Source: a virus (Duplodnaviria; Caudoviricetes). Taken from it: a stretch of DNA of 64,000 bases. A program made the position numbers and the translations under genes. The stretch covers positions 67,712 to 131,711 of the IMG/VR virus record IMGVR_UViG_3300028887_000079. One strand, written 5' to 3'. This document shows positions 18,657-27,083 of the stretch, piece by piece (the stretch's first letter is position 1; each line of letters opens with the position of its first letter). The notes beneath the pieces were generated by a model. The model ran no database searches. It had not been told where the DNA came from and was given only the letters and a program-made list of their open reading frames with translations.

Positions 18657-19148
18657 TCATGCGGAGCGTCTCCGGGCCCATTCGGCGATAAGAAGCGCAT
18701 CGGCATCTCCGTGCTTGCGGATAAGTTCCTCATGGGCGGGGAACATGCGGATACCAATTTCTTTGCTTGCCTTCTTGAGAACGGGGGCGCCTTTAAGTCC
18801 GGCGGGAAGAAGCGCCTTCTGCCAAGCACCGGAATCGATGTATTCATAACCGAGTTTCAAGCGCTCCAGCACAATCAGCGTTGCTTCAATGGAGCGGGCC
18901 GCCGAGATGGATGCCTGAAAGCGCATTGCGTTAATCATTGGGCGCTCAATCACAACGCGCGTGCTCATCGAATTGAACGGGGAAAGAAGTTTCTCCAGTT
19001 CAACCGTATCAATGCGGTTGATGTGGCGCACCTTGGATTTTTGATAGCCAAGGCATTCAAACACCGGGGTTTCAAGGAAAGTCGTGGTGTCGCCGTCAAG
19101 GATGGCGATGGTCCCGGTTACGCCGTTGTCGATTCCGATATAGGTCAT
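18657..19148 (-). CDS. RuvC-like Holliday junction resolvase
   Basis: YIGIDNG, VVIE and DADALLIA motifs. Confidence 0.85.
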   Translation of the reverse strand: MTYIGIDNGVTGTIAILDGDTTTFLETPVFECLGYQKSKVRHINRIDTVELEKLLSPFNSMSTRVVIERPMINAMRFQASISAARSIEATLIVLERLKLGYEYIDSGAWQKALLPAGLKGAPVLKKASKEIGIRMFPAHEELIRKHGDADALLIAEWARRRSA

Positions 19149-19149
19149 A

Positions 19150-20043
19150 TTAGTCCTTTATTTTCCAATCGTTAATAGCAAGGGAGCGCAACCACTTTTC
19201 CTGATCCGGAAGGGTGGCGGCGATTTCATCGAGCGAATGCGGAGTGCCGACCTGTTCAAGGCACTTGCCGTATGTCGCAATGAAATTCGGAACTTTTGCC
19301 ATAGCACGGAGGATGGTTGCCGCATCATCAAAGCCGCATTCAAGATTTAGAATCCGGAGCGCTTCGCGGGCGGCGGCGTTCATAGCAGTTTCACGAAGGG
19401 CATTTTCAAACTCCTCGCGCGTTACCGGCGGGTGTTCCACCTTCGGCGCATCAACCTTCGGTGGTTCAGCCTTCGGGACTTCAGCCTTCGGCGGTTCTTC
19501 AACGGGAGCCGTTTCAGGTTCACCTTCAAGTTTCTTGCGGTCTTCTGCCTGTTTGATTTTTTCAAGTTCGTCCGGTTCTTCCCAATCGCTGACATTGTCC
19601 GGCGTGCACCAATCATCGTTCGGCTGTTCGGCAGGTGCTGCGGCTTCCACCGTAACGGGGACGTTTACCGCATGAACATCATTACCGCGTGCCGCATCAA
19701 GATGGACCACCACCTCCGGTTCGGCGGGCGTAAGCGCAACCGCATCTTCAATGTCGGAAGGTTTCTTGGGTTCGGGAAGGGCTGCCACCTGAATCGGATC
19801 GAGGCCATCGCCTTCCATAACGCAGGCGAGGAGAACATCAAAAGTGATGCCATCCAAATTGACGGCGCCACCATCAAAGGTGAGCGATTTGAGTTCACCA
19901 CCATTTTCGATGTATTTGAATCTTCCGATTTCGCGGAGCTTGCCTTCGGGCGTCCCCGTATATTTTCGCGTGCACGGCTGGTTGTAATCAACTGCGCCGC
20001 ACGCATAGCGTAATTGCTTAGATTGAGCTTTCGTGATAATCAT
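19150..20043 (-). CDS. hypothetical protein with Pro/Glu-rich linker
   Basis: 297 aa; leaderless-type promoter. Confidence 0.7.
   Translation of the reverse strand: MIITKAQSKQLRYACGAVDYNQPCTRKYTGTPEGKLREIGRFKYIENGGELKSLTFDGGAVNLDGITFDVLLACVMEGDGLDPIQVAALPEPKKPSDIEDAVALTPAEPEVVVHLDAARGNDVHAVNVPVTVEAAAPAEQPNDDWCTPDNVSDWEEPDELEKIKQAEDRKKLEGEPETAPVEEPPKAEVPKAEPPKVDAPKVEHPPVTREEFENALRETAMNAAAREALRILNLECGFDDAATILRAMAKVPNFIATYGKCLEQVGTPHSLDEIAATLPDQEKWLRSLAINDWKIKD
19440..19499. repeat. 4 x 15-nt coding tandem repeat (xxPK)
   Basis: CCTTCGG-N8 units. Confidence 0.8.
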
Positions 20044-20065
20044 GAACTAATATACGAGGTATAGG

Positions 20066-20323
20066 ATGCCAACGGACAGAAAACAATATAATCGGGATTA
20101 CTACAAGAAACATCCCGGTATATGGAAAAAAAATTACGAAAAGAACGCGGACGCACGCCGCGAGAGTTCTAGGAACTACGCGAACAAGAAGTGGGAGTCC
20201 GACCCCGAGTATAGAAAGAGTCATACCGAAAATACAATCCGGCGCACGCGCATTTTGCGCCTTGCTGGCTCTATAACTAAAAGCGCTTCCAAGGCCCTTG
20301 CAGCACTAGAAAAGCTCTTATAG
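20066..20323 (+). CDS. basic hypothetical protein
   Basis: K/R/Y-rich helical 85 aa. Confidence 0.55.
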   Translation: MPTDRKQYNRDYYKKHPGIWKKNYEKNADARRESSRNYANKKWESDPEYRKSHTENTIRRTRILRLAGSITKSASKALAALEKLL

Positions 20324-20354
20324 GGGTGTCTTTTTCAAACAAAGAATGTATATT
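20323..20354 (+). promoter_or_regulatory. conserved promoter GTGTCT-N17-TATATT
   Basis: Copy of the 15324 element. Confidence 0.75.
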
Positions 20355-20400
20355 TAAGGTAGGCGGCGATGTTGCCTGCCTTCTTTTATGCGAGGAAATT

Positions 20401-20832
20401 ATGAGCAGAAGTCCTATAATCGAGGCTTTGAAAGCCACAGACGCGAAAATGCTTCGCGATGCAAAATACACCATCGAAAACGGCATCCTCGAACATGCAG
20501 GGCTGGACGAAATCAATGGCGTTATGGTAGTCAACGCGACTATCCAATTTCCGGGAGGAGGTGGCGCGTGCTCCCTCGGCGGCCTCACGTGCGGCCAGTT
20601 CATCCCCTTCGACAAAACAATTCACGGTTCCCGCTTCGGATTGGAAGCGCTCTTGTGGCTGATGGCCGTTGCCGGGGTAGAACATAGCGAGGACCTCTGT
20701 GGCCAGTATGTCCGTGTAGCTTTTGACGAAACCGGAAAGGCTCGCTACATAGGCCACATTGTCAAGGACATTTGGCTCGACTTTGAAAGGCTTGCCAAGG
20801 GAATCAAGGATGAAGACGATGCAAAAAAGTGA
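20401..20832 (+). CDS. conserved phage hypothetical protein
   Basis: GAGG RBS; L.GQYVRV..IGHIVKDIW motif. Confidence 0.7.
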   Translation: MSRSPIIEALKATDAKMLRDAKYTIENGILEHAGLDEINGVMVVNATIQFPGGGGACSLGGLTCGQFIPFDKTIHGSRFGLEALLWLMAVAGVEHSEDLCGQYVRVAFDETGKARYIGHIVKDIWLDFERLAKGIKDEDDAKK

Positions 20833-20839
20833 GAATCCA

Positions 20840-21388
20840 ATGGAACACAAGACCAATACAGCACGGCTGCTCAACGCCGGAATCACCACGCGCGTTGAAA
20901 ACCGCTTGAAGGCGGAGAACATCCCCTACGAAAGGATTCACGACTCCATTGCCGTGGCGCCGGAACACTTTGCCATTCTCCAGCGCATTACAGATGAAGT
21001 GATGCACGAAATGGTCGAGCAGGCTTCCACAGCTACGGACGCGATACGGCAGTCCATTCAAAGAAAACGTGAGCTTGCCGAGAAATGCACACGCTACTAC
21101 CCCGTGATGCAGCGCTGCAAGGGATTCTCTCAGCAGGTGGCAGCAGCGGCAACGATTGAAGGCGCCGTCACCATCAAAGATACGATGGAACGCCGCAACC
21201 GGTCGGAAGAGTATTTCATCGGTCCGCGGACCATCATATTCAGCGATGAACTGGCAGCCCTTGAATTTGAACCAACCGAATTTGAAAGAGCGGAGATGGA
21301 AAACGAAGCTGCCTACGCTGCCGCGAAATTGAATCAATCTCTCCAAATAGATCCGGAAGAAATGAGGCGCCAAATTGAACAAGGGTGA
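20840..21388 (+). CDS. hypothetical protein (start uncertain)
   Basis: Operon packing. Confidence 0.65.
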   Translation: MEHKTNTARLLNAGITTRVENRLKAENIPYERIHDSIAVAPEHFAILQRITDEVMHEMVEQASTATDAIRQSIQRKRELAEKCTRYYPVMQRCKGFSQQVAAAATIEGAVTIKDTMERRNRSEEYFIGPRTIIFSDELAALEFEPTEFERAEMENEAAYAAAKLNQSLQIDPEEMRRQIEQG

Positions 21389-21395
21389 GGCAATT

Positions 21396-21941
21396 ATGAG
21401 CGAGCTGACCGTTTACAGAGATCCCAAAGAAGGACCCGCATACCGCGAGTTCTATGAAAAGACTGAAGTGGACAAAATCCTTGCCGAAAAGGATGCCAAA
21501 ATAGCAGGCTTTGAGAATGCGCTCCATTGGGACAACAGCGAAGCGCTGATCAATGCGGTCGAGAAAACCAAAAGCCTTGAAGAGGAATTGGCGAAGGCAC
21601 GAGACGAAATCAAATCCCTGAAGGCAGAACTCTTTGACAAAACCAAAGTGCAGGTGTTCAGCGTGGTGGACCAACGCATTGACGAACTCAAGGCCGAGCT
21701 AAAGAAAAAGGGCGCCGCAAACCTTCGTCTTGAATGTGAAAAGCGGGATCTGTGGTTGAGATTCGTCCAGCTCCGCCGGGCGCTGTGCCGCCTTCGCATC
21801 GGCTTCGCCCTGCACTTCGGCAGGGTCAATTCAGGAAAGAAGATTATCGACTACTGGAAGCACCGCTGCAAAACGGCGCCCTACTGGGACAGCAAAACTT
21901 ACAATGACATTCCACAAACACCGGTGGAAAAGGAAATTTAG
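21396..21941 (+). CDS. coiled-coil hypothetical protein
   Basis: GAGG RBS; heptad pattern. Confidence 0.7.
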   Translation: MSELTVYRDPKEGPAYREFYEKTEVDKILAEKDAKIAGFENALHWDNSEALINAVEKTKSLEEELAKARDEIKSLKAELFDKTKVQVFSVVDQRIDELKAELKKKGAANLRLECEKRDLWLRFVQLRRALCRLRIGFALHFGRVNSGKKIIDYWKHRCKTAPYWDSKTYNDIPQTPVEKEI

Positions 21942-21942
21942 T

Positions 21943-22425
21943 ATGGACATCGGAAGCAACGGTAAGTGGCCCGGTTGCGCATTGAGCAACTTCGCTGCAC
22001 ACGAATTTGAAATTGACGGCGTGAAATGCGCATCTATGGAAGGATTCCTCCAGTCGCTCAAGCACAAGAATCCGGACATGCAACGCGAGATTTGCAGCTA
22101 TGTCGGGATCAAGGCGAAGCGTGCCGGCGGAACTCATTGGATGCGGCATCAAAAACTCTACTGGAAAGGCGTAGCGTATGTGCGCACATCGCAGGCGTAT
22201 CAGGACCTGCTTGATCGCGCATACGATGCCCTCTACCAAAACGAAGGGTTCAAAGCTGCCCTTGCGGCAACCGGAAACGCCGAACTCCGGCACAGCGTTG
22301 GAAAACATAAGCAGGGTGAAACCTGCTTGACTACCCAAGAATTTTGCCACCGCCTTAATAAACTCCGTGAACGCCTCAAGCGCGAAACGGAGGAGGCGCT
22401 TGGTATTAAGAAGTTCAAACTTTAA
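21943..22425 (+). CDS. NADAR family protein (T4 gp30.3-like)
   Basis: MDIGS..WP..ALSNF..H.FEIDGV.CASMEGFLQSLK motif. Confidence 0.85.
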   Translation: MDIGSNGKWPGCALSNFAAHEFEIDGVKCASMEGFLQSLKHKNPDMQREICSYVGIKAKRAGGTHWMRHQKLYWKGVAYVRTSQAYQDLLDRAYDALYQNEGFKAALAATGNAELRHSVGKHKQGETCLTTQEFCHRLNKLRERLKRETEEALGIKKFKL

Positions 22426-22437
22426 GGAGTAATTGAA

Positions 22438-22926
22438 ATGGACGAATTGCGCACACTGCTTACCGCCAAGGGATTCAAAGTCACGGCGGATGACACATTC
22501 ACCAAACTGGAATCGCGCTGCGGCCCGGACTCCAGCACTTCCCGTATGGCAGAATACATCAATGATTGCCGTAACGCCAAGGGATTCAAGGACTACAAGA
22601 TTGTGCCCAACGGCAACGGATTTCTCATTGCCACCGACTACGATTACGGCGCTGAAATCGAAAAGTTGGACGAATATGCAAATGCCGCCATCAAGGCGGA
22701 TATTGAAGGCAACTACGCGAACATCCATTTCGATCCGGGGTCTTTCGAGGTCGTGGTTGTAGACGGGAAGCTGGCATTCAAATATGTGATGCTTTACAAT
22801 TCAATGATGTGTGGGTTCGGCGCAAAATCGGAGCATACGGATGAACGCCCGGAACTCGAACGCCGTATCATTGAGTATGCTATGAAGATTCTCCCTGAGG
22901 AGATCCAACCGAAAAAGGCAGGTTAA
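22438..22926 (+). CDS. hypothetical protein
   Basis: AAGGAG RBS. Confidence 0.7.
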   Translation: MDELRTLLTAKGFKVTADDTFTKLESRCGPDSSTSRMAEYINDCRNAKGFKDYKIVPNGNGFLIATDYDYGAEIEKLDEYANAAIKADIEGNYANIHFDPGSFEVVVVDGKLAFKYVMLYNSMMCGFGAKSEHTDERPELERRIIEYAMKILPEEIQPKKAG

Positions 22927-22927
22927 A

Positions 22928-23197
22928 ATGATTACGCGAAGTGAACTCGCCGCCGCAATGCTGAAAAGCAAAAAGCTCACGCTCGGCACCACCGAAAAAT
23001 TCTATGACCGGGAAACCCAATGCGCCTACTGCGGCGACAAGGGCCAAGTGATTTTCGATCAGGACAATCAGGAACTGGAACGCTATGAAAACGATTTCTG
23101 CGTTGCGGTTCTTCCGGTTGATTCGGTTGAAAGCGCCATTGCTGCGTTGGAAGCGTATGCGGATACCGGAGAACTTCCGGATGAAGAATTCGTGTAG
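22928..23197 (+). CDS. hypothetical protein (CxxC)
   Basis: Operon packing. Confidence 0.65.
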   Translation: MITRSELAAAMLKSKKLTLGTTEKFYDRETQCAYCGDKGQVIFDQDNQELERYENDFCVAVLPVDSVESAIAALEAYADTGELPDEEFV

Positions 23198-23206
23198 GAG
23201 CAGCCA

Positions 23207-23476
23207 ATGGCGTTGGACCACCAAGAAATTTTCGCGATAGCGCATATGCTACAAACCGCCAAGGGCCAAATTCCCTCGGATGAATTTGCCCAAGGGTTTC
23301 TTCAAGGCATTCACTATATGGAGGTTCTCCACGAAATCCGCGTGATGGAAACACCGGATCCGCCCAAACACTCTCCAGCGGCCGAAGCCCTGATGCGAAC
23401 GAAGGTCGGACCGGTTGCCCCGGAAAAGAAGAGCCCGATCGGACCTCCGCCACCTCCACCTATGGATGGTCTATGA
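23207..23476 (+). CDS. hypothetical protein
   Basis: AGGAG RBS. Confidence 0.65.
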   Translation: MALDHQEIFAIAHMLQTAKGQIPSDEFAQGFLQGIHYMEVLHEIRVMETPDPPKHSPAAEALMRTKVGPVAPEKKSPIGPPPPPPMDGL

Positions 23477-23622
23477 AATTGATATGGCTCATTATCGGAT
23501 ATTTCTTTTGGACGCTCGGATGGTTTATCCAGTTAATTGGCGACTGGTGCAATTCGTGGCTCGATTGGATTGAAGAATGGTTGGACTATTGCGAAGACCA
23601 TATCAACAAGGATGACCGATGA
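23473..23622 (+). CDS. small Trp-rich membrane protein
   Basis: MKLIWLIIGYFFW...; ATGA overlaps at both ends. Confidence 0.55.
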   Translation: MKLIWLIIGYFFWTLGWFIQLIGDWCNSWLDWIEEWLDYCEDHINKDDR

Positions 23623-23747
23623 AAATCTTTCGCTGTGGCAAATGCCATAAACATTTCCCCGCCGAATACAAGGTGAACAAATGGACTGTTGGCTGGTGTC
23701 CGGAATGCAAGGTCATCCGCAGAATTTACTTCGAGCGTGAAGATTAG
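23619..23747 (+). CDS. 42-aa zinc-ribbon protein
   Basis: CGKC...CPEC. Confidence 0.6.
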   Translation: MKIFRCGKCHKHFPAEYKVNKWTVGWCPECKVIRRIYFERED

Positions 23748-23796
23748 CGTGCCATCGCGAATTGATGTTCGTATATTATTCAACAAAGGAAATCAC

Positions 23797-23880
23797 ATGA
23801 AGCAGTATTTCGCAAATAATTTCAACTATGAAGCCGAGGCCAGTTCCGAAGCTTCAATTTTGCGTATACTGCAGCGGTGA
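23797..23880 (+). CDS. putative attenuator leader peptide MKQYFANNFNYEAEASSEASILRILQR
   Basis: AAAGGA RBS; own promoter (TATATT 23772-77); codons match the downstream tRNAs. Confidence 0.8.
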   Translation: MKQYFANNFNYEAEASSEASILRILQR

Positions 23881-23937
23881 TAAAACTCCAAGAGAAGTGT
23901 GAAGAGAAGTCCGCTGCGCAAGCAGCGGATTTTTTTT
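23870..23937 (+). promoter_or_regulatory. mutually exclusive antiterminator / intrinsic terminator (attenuator)
   Basis: Terminator TCCGCTGC-GCAA-GCAGCGGA-T8 (23910-37); TGCAGCGG (23870-77) can alternatively pair with CCGCTGCG (23911-18). Confidence 0.8.
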
Positions 23938-23951
23938 ATGCTTTTCAATTC

Positions 23952-24023
23952 GGCACTATAGGCAAGCGGTTACGCCTCCTGAATTTCACTCAGGCGACTG
24001 CGGTTCGACTCCGCATAGTGCTA
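23952..24023 (+). tRNA. tRNA-Glu(TTC)
   Basis: Cloverleaf; CCTGA-ATTTCAC-TCAGG. Confidence 0.9.
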
Positions 24024-24028
24024 CTATT

Positions 24029-24101
24029 GGGACGTTAGCTCAGTTGGTAGAGCACCTGTTTTGCAAGCAGGGGGTCAAGGGTTCGAGCCCCTTACGCTCC
24101 A
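24029..24101 (+). tRNA. tRNA-Ala(TGC)
   Basis: Cloverleaf; G3:U70. Confidence 0.92.
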
Positions 24102-24106
24102 CGAAC

Positions 24107-24188
24107 GGATAGGTATGCAAGTGGTAAAGCAGGCTGACTGTAAATCAGCTCCCTTCGGGGTTCGCGGGTTCAAATCCTACCCTATCCA
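24107..24188 (+). tRNA. tRNA-Tyr(GTA)
   Basis: GCTGA-CTGTAAA-TCAGC; long variable arm. Confidence 0.92.
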
Positions 24189-24196
24189 CTAAACAT

Positions 24197-24268
24197 TGGA
24201 TTGTAGCTCAATGGTAGAGCGGTGCGCCGTTAACGCAAGGGTTGCAGGTTCGAGTCCTGCCTTTCCAG
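24197..24268 (+). tRNA. tRNA-Asn(GTT)
   Basis: Loop CCGTTAA (C33). Confidence 0.85.
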
Positions 24269-24272
24269 CTAT

Positions 24273-24354
24273 GGAAGCGTCCCACAACTGGTGGTGGAGC
24301 GGTCTTGAAAACCGCCGGCCGTAAGGTTTGGGGGTTCGAATCCCTCCGCTTCCG
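24273..24354 (+). tRNA. tRNA-Ser(TGA)
   Basis: GCGGT-CTTGAAA-ACCGC; variable arm. Confidence 0.9.
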
Positions 24355-24360
24355 CTACAT

Positions 24361-24447
24361 AGAGGCGTGGCCGAGTGGTCTAAGGCAGCACTTTGCTAAA
24401 GTGCCGTAGTGAAATACCTACCGCTGGTCCGAATCCAGCCGCCTCTG
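24361..24447 (+). tRNA. tRNA-Ser(GCT)
   Basis: GCACT-TTGCTAA-AGTGC; variable arm. Confidence 0.9.
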
Positions 24448-24450
24448 TCC

Positions 24451-24482
24451 ACGGCGCCACAAGATAGGTTGGCGCCGTTTTT
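24451..24482 (+). terminator. terminator closing the tRNA operon
   Basis: ACGGCGCCA...TGGCGCCGT followed by a T-tract. Confidence 0.75.
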
Positions 24483-24524
24483 ATGTCCGTGTCGGCAGGC
24501 GCCCAACAAAGGTATATTTCCAGT

Positions 24525-25037
24525 ATGCCGCATAGTTTCAATGTCATTACAAAGCACGCCGACTTCAAGGAGTATATCGCCCTCAAACACCTGGTCCAAA
24601 TCCAGGGCTACGTTACGGACGTCTACCTCCCTATTGATGACGCATATGACCCCGCGACAAGAACCGGATCCATCTACAATTCGAAGGACCACGAATATCG
24701 GTATGCGGACAAACCGGACTTCCAAGCCCGCATAGCATACACCGACCCGCAATCCGATATGTTCGATCACGGCGATGTGCAGGAGGTGAACTACACCAAC
24801 ATTGCCTACACGCTCAAGCGCACACCGCCTGCAACCGGCGGTCCCGGCCAATACACGCCAAAGCAGGCAGACAAATTCTGCCCCGGCGAAATCAAGCAGT
24901 TCTCCAAATTGTATGTCAACTACGGCGGAATGGATCTTTCGTATTTCGTGCGCGAGATTACAGTTTTGCGCAACCCCAATTCAAAAAATGTTGACGCCGA
25001 GGCGCTCATCCGCCTTGAACTGGTCATCCACGTTTAA
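24525..25037 (+). CDS. hypothetical, possible head-completion protein
   Basis: TATATT 6 nt upstream of the ATG; function is a guess. Confidence 0.55.
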   Translation: MPHSFNVITKHADFKEYIALKHLVQIQGYVTDVYLPIDDAYDPATRTGSIYNSKDHEYRYADKPDFQARIAYTDPQSDMFDHGDVQEVNYTNIAYTLKRTPPATGGPGQYTPKQADKFCPGEIKQFSKLYVNYGGMDLSYFVREITVLRNPNSKNVDAEALIRLELVIHV

Positions 25038-25142
25038 TTAGGCGATTTATGCGCCGGAAACGCGCATATAAGGCTGTTAAATACAAAAGGCGCCCATTTA
25101 CATGGGTGCCTTCTTTTATCGCCTTAAAAGCGCTGTATTGCG

Positions 25143-25604
25143 CTAGTCGCCGTAATCCGCCGGGACAATGGATGCAAAATAAATACCTTCCAGCTCCATT
25201 TGATTGTCCGGCATCATTTGCCCAATGCCCGACAGCCCATACGCCATCTTCCCGGCGCCCTTGAGGATCAATTCCTGAGCGGCACGCCCTTCCGGGGTAT
25301 TATGCAAGGCAATATCAATACAATCGCCTTGGCTACCGCAAACGCGCACCACATGCCCCGCAATGCCAACGCCGTTCTTGGCAAACGATGCCTCGGCGCC
25401 ATCGCCTGAAATGATGTTGGCGGATGCCTCCCTGCCGGGGAAGCCGATCGTCACGCAGCGCTTGTCTTCGGGACGTTTCATGAATTCATCAAACGCCTTC
25501 GGCGCAATTTTAAGGTGACGCTTAATCGGTCCGAGAGAAATCTCAACGCGGACACGCTTCGGATTGCGCTTGAAGAGTCCGAAAAACCATTTGAAAAACT
25601 TCAT
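25143..25604 (-). CDS. hypothetical protein
   Basis: AAGGAG RBS. Confidence 0.65.
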   Translation of the reverse strand: MKFFKWFFGLFKRNPKRVRVEISLGPIKRHLKIAPKAFDEFMKRPEDKRCVTIGFPGREASANIISGDGAEASFAKNGVGIAGHVVRVCGSQGDCIDIALHNTPEGRAAQELILKGAGKMAYGLSGIGQMMPDNQMELEGIYFASIVPADYGD

Positions 25605-25614
25605 GCGGTCTCCT

Positions 25615-26928
25615 TTAAGTATCGCGCTCGGCGCCGTGAACTACCTTCAAGGTCGGGAAGCGCAGGGAGGTGTTGCCATCCGCGTTTGTCGTTTCCTCGA
25701 AATACTTAACTGTAATGACCTTGCCGACAATGAGCTTCGGATCATTCATCCAAGCGATGCGCTGTTCGCGGGAAAGCCCGGCGCCAACGCCAACGCGGGT
25801 GCCCTTATGCGTAATGAGCAGGCGCGTCACGCCTTCAAATGTCACATTGCCTTGACCGGGAAGGGCGGTGGTCATCGACCCGCACTCAACGCCCTCAACG
25901 GTGTATTCGGCATCAAAGAACTTCTTGACCTTCAAAAGATCCTTGGTGCGCCCGGACTGGTAGTAGGTGTTCTTGCGAAGCATGAAGCCTTCCCAGTTGC
26001 CTTCGGACACGTAGCCGGACCAACGATCGAAGTCGTCCTGGCTGCGGAGGAGTTCCTGCTTGAGCGGCTTGACATAGCAGCGGTCATGCGGGAGAGCGGC
26101 ATATTCCATCGCCAGCTCGGCAAGGCGCTTGAAGCGGACGGACAAGATTTCTTTGGACTTGCCTTCACAGAATTCATCGTAAGTGAGGATGTCGAAAACC
26201 TGATAGCAGCAATCTTCAATCATGTAGTCCTTGCGGCGAATTTCCTTCATCATCGACTGGAAGTCTTCATCGCCGTTGGCGTCCACCTTGCAAAGTTCGC
26301 CATCGAGAACCCACTTGCCGGAAAGCGGAGCGCAGAAGCGGCTTACGCCGGGCTTGAGATTTTCGAGGGTGGTGAACTCCTTGTTTTGGCGGGAACGGAA
26401 TTCAACCGTGCCTTCATCCAAGTCCACGATCGCCACGCAACGAACGCCATCACACTTGCGGCTTGCGAAGTAGGTGCCGTTGACCGGATTCACGCCCTTG
26501 ACTTTTTCGAGATGCTGGGCGAGCGCCACTTCAAACTTTTCGGAGATGCCCAAAACTTCGGCACGCCAAGTCTTCCAGCTAATGCCCATCTTGAGATCGC
26601 GGTCAAGAACCTGCTTGAGAAGTTCCTGCACCGGGGCATCCTGATACGAAAGGTATTCGGAAATTTCAGTGATGGCCGCATTTCCGGTAAGGGTGCGGGC
26701 AGCAAGGCGTTCGAGAATAGGACGGAAGCCGTCATACCAACCGGAGAACAAATGGTCCGAATGCCTCGGGCCGGCAACGATGTCCTTCGAGGTTACACCA
26801 TAGGTGATGCTCGGATCCATTGCATCGGCAACGATTTGGTCGATGAGTGCGCTGTGGTGTTCTTTTGCGTAGGCAACCTTCGCAGCGGTGCCGGGGATGG
26901 AGCGGATTGTTTCAAAGAAATCAGTCAT
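25615..26928 (-). CDS. ATP-dependent DNA ligase
   Basis: KCDG (KxDG), LDGEL, EGFMLR, LLKVKK and SLRFP motifs. Confidence 0.96.
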   Translation of the reverse strand: MTDFFETIRSIPGTAAKVAYAKEHHSALIDQIVADAMDPSITYGVTSKDIVAGPRHSDHLFSGWYDGFRPILERLAARTLTGNAAITEISEYLSYQDAPVQELLKQVLDRDLKMGISWKTWRAEVLGISEKFEVALAQHLEKVKGVNPVNGTYFASRKCDGVRCVAIVDLDEGTVEFRSRQNKEFTTLENLKPGVSRFCAPLSGKWVLDGELCKVDANGDEDFQSMMKEIRRKDYMIEDCCYQVFDILTYDEFCEGKSKEILSVRFKRLAELAMEYAALPHDRCYVKPLKQELLRSQDDFDRWSGYVSEGNWEGFMLRKNTYYQSGRTKDLLKVKKFFDAEYTVEGVECGSMTTALPGQGNVTFEGVTRLLITHKGTRVGVGAGLSREQRIAWMNDPKLIVGKVITVKYFEETTNADGNTSLRFPTLKVVHGAERDT

Positions 26929-26930
26929 TG

Positions 26931-27083
26931 TTAAACCTCCTTCACTTCAAGGATTTCGTGCTCACACTGATCGAGCCCATACAGTTTTTTGCATTCTTCT
27001 ACGGAGCGGACAACACATTCCTGCTCACGGAATTTGCCATCGCGGCAAAGTTCATCGCGGTATTTGAAGCGAACATGAACCAT
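26931..27083 (-). CDS. 50-aa hypothetical protein
   Basis: MVHVRFKYRD...; coupled to the upstream gene. Confidence 0.6.
   Translation of the reverse strand: MVHVRFKYRDELCRDGKFREQECVVRSVEECKKLYGLDQCEHEILEVKEV

Noticed and set aside
23689-23880. 63-aa version of the leader ORF in the track
   Set aside because: Its upstream part overlaps a zinc-ribbon gene and the promoter; the RBS supports ATG 23797.
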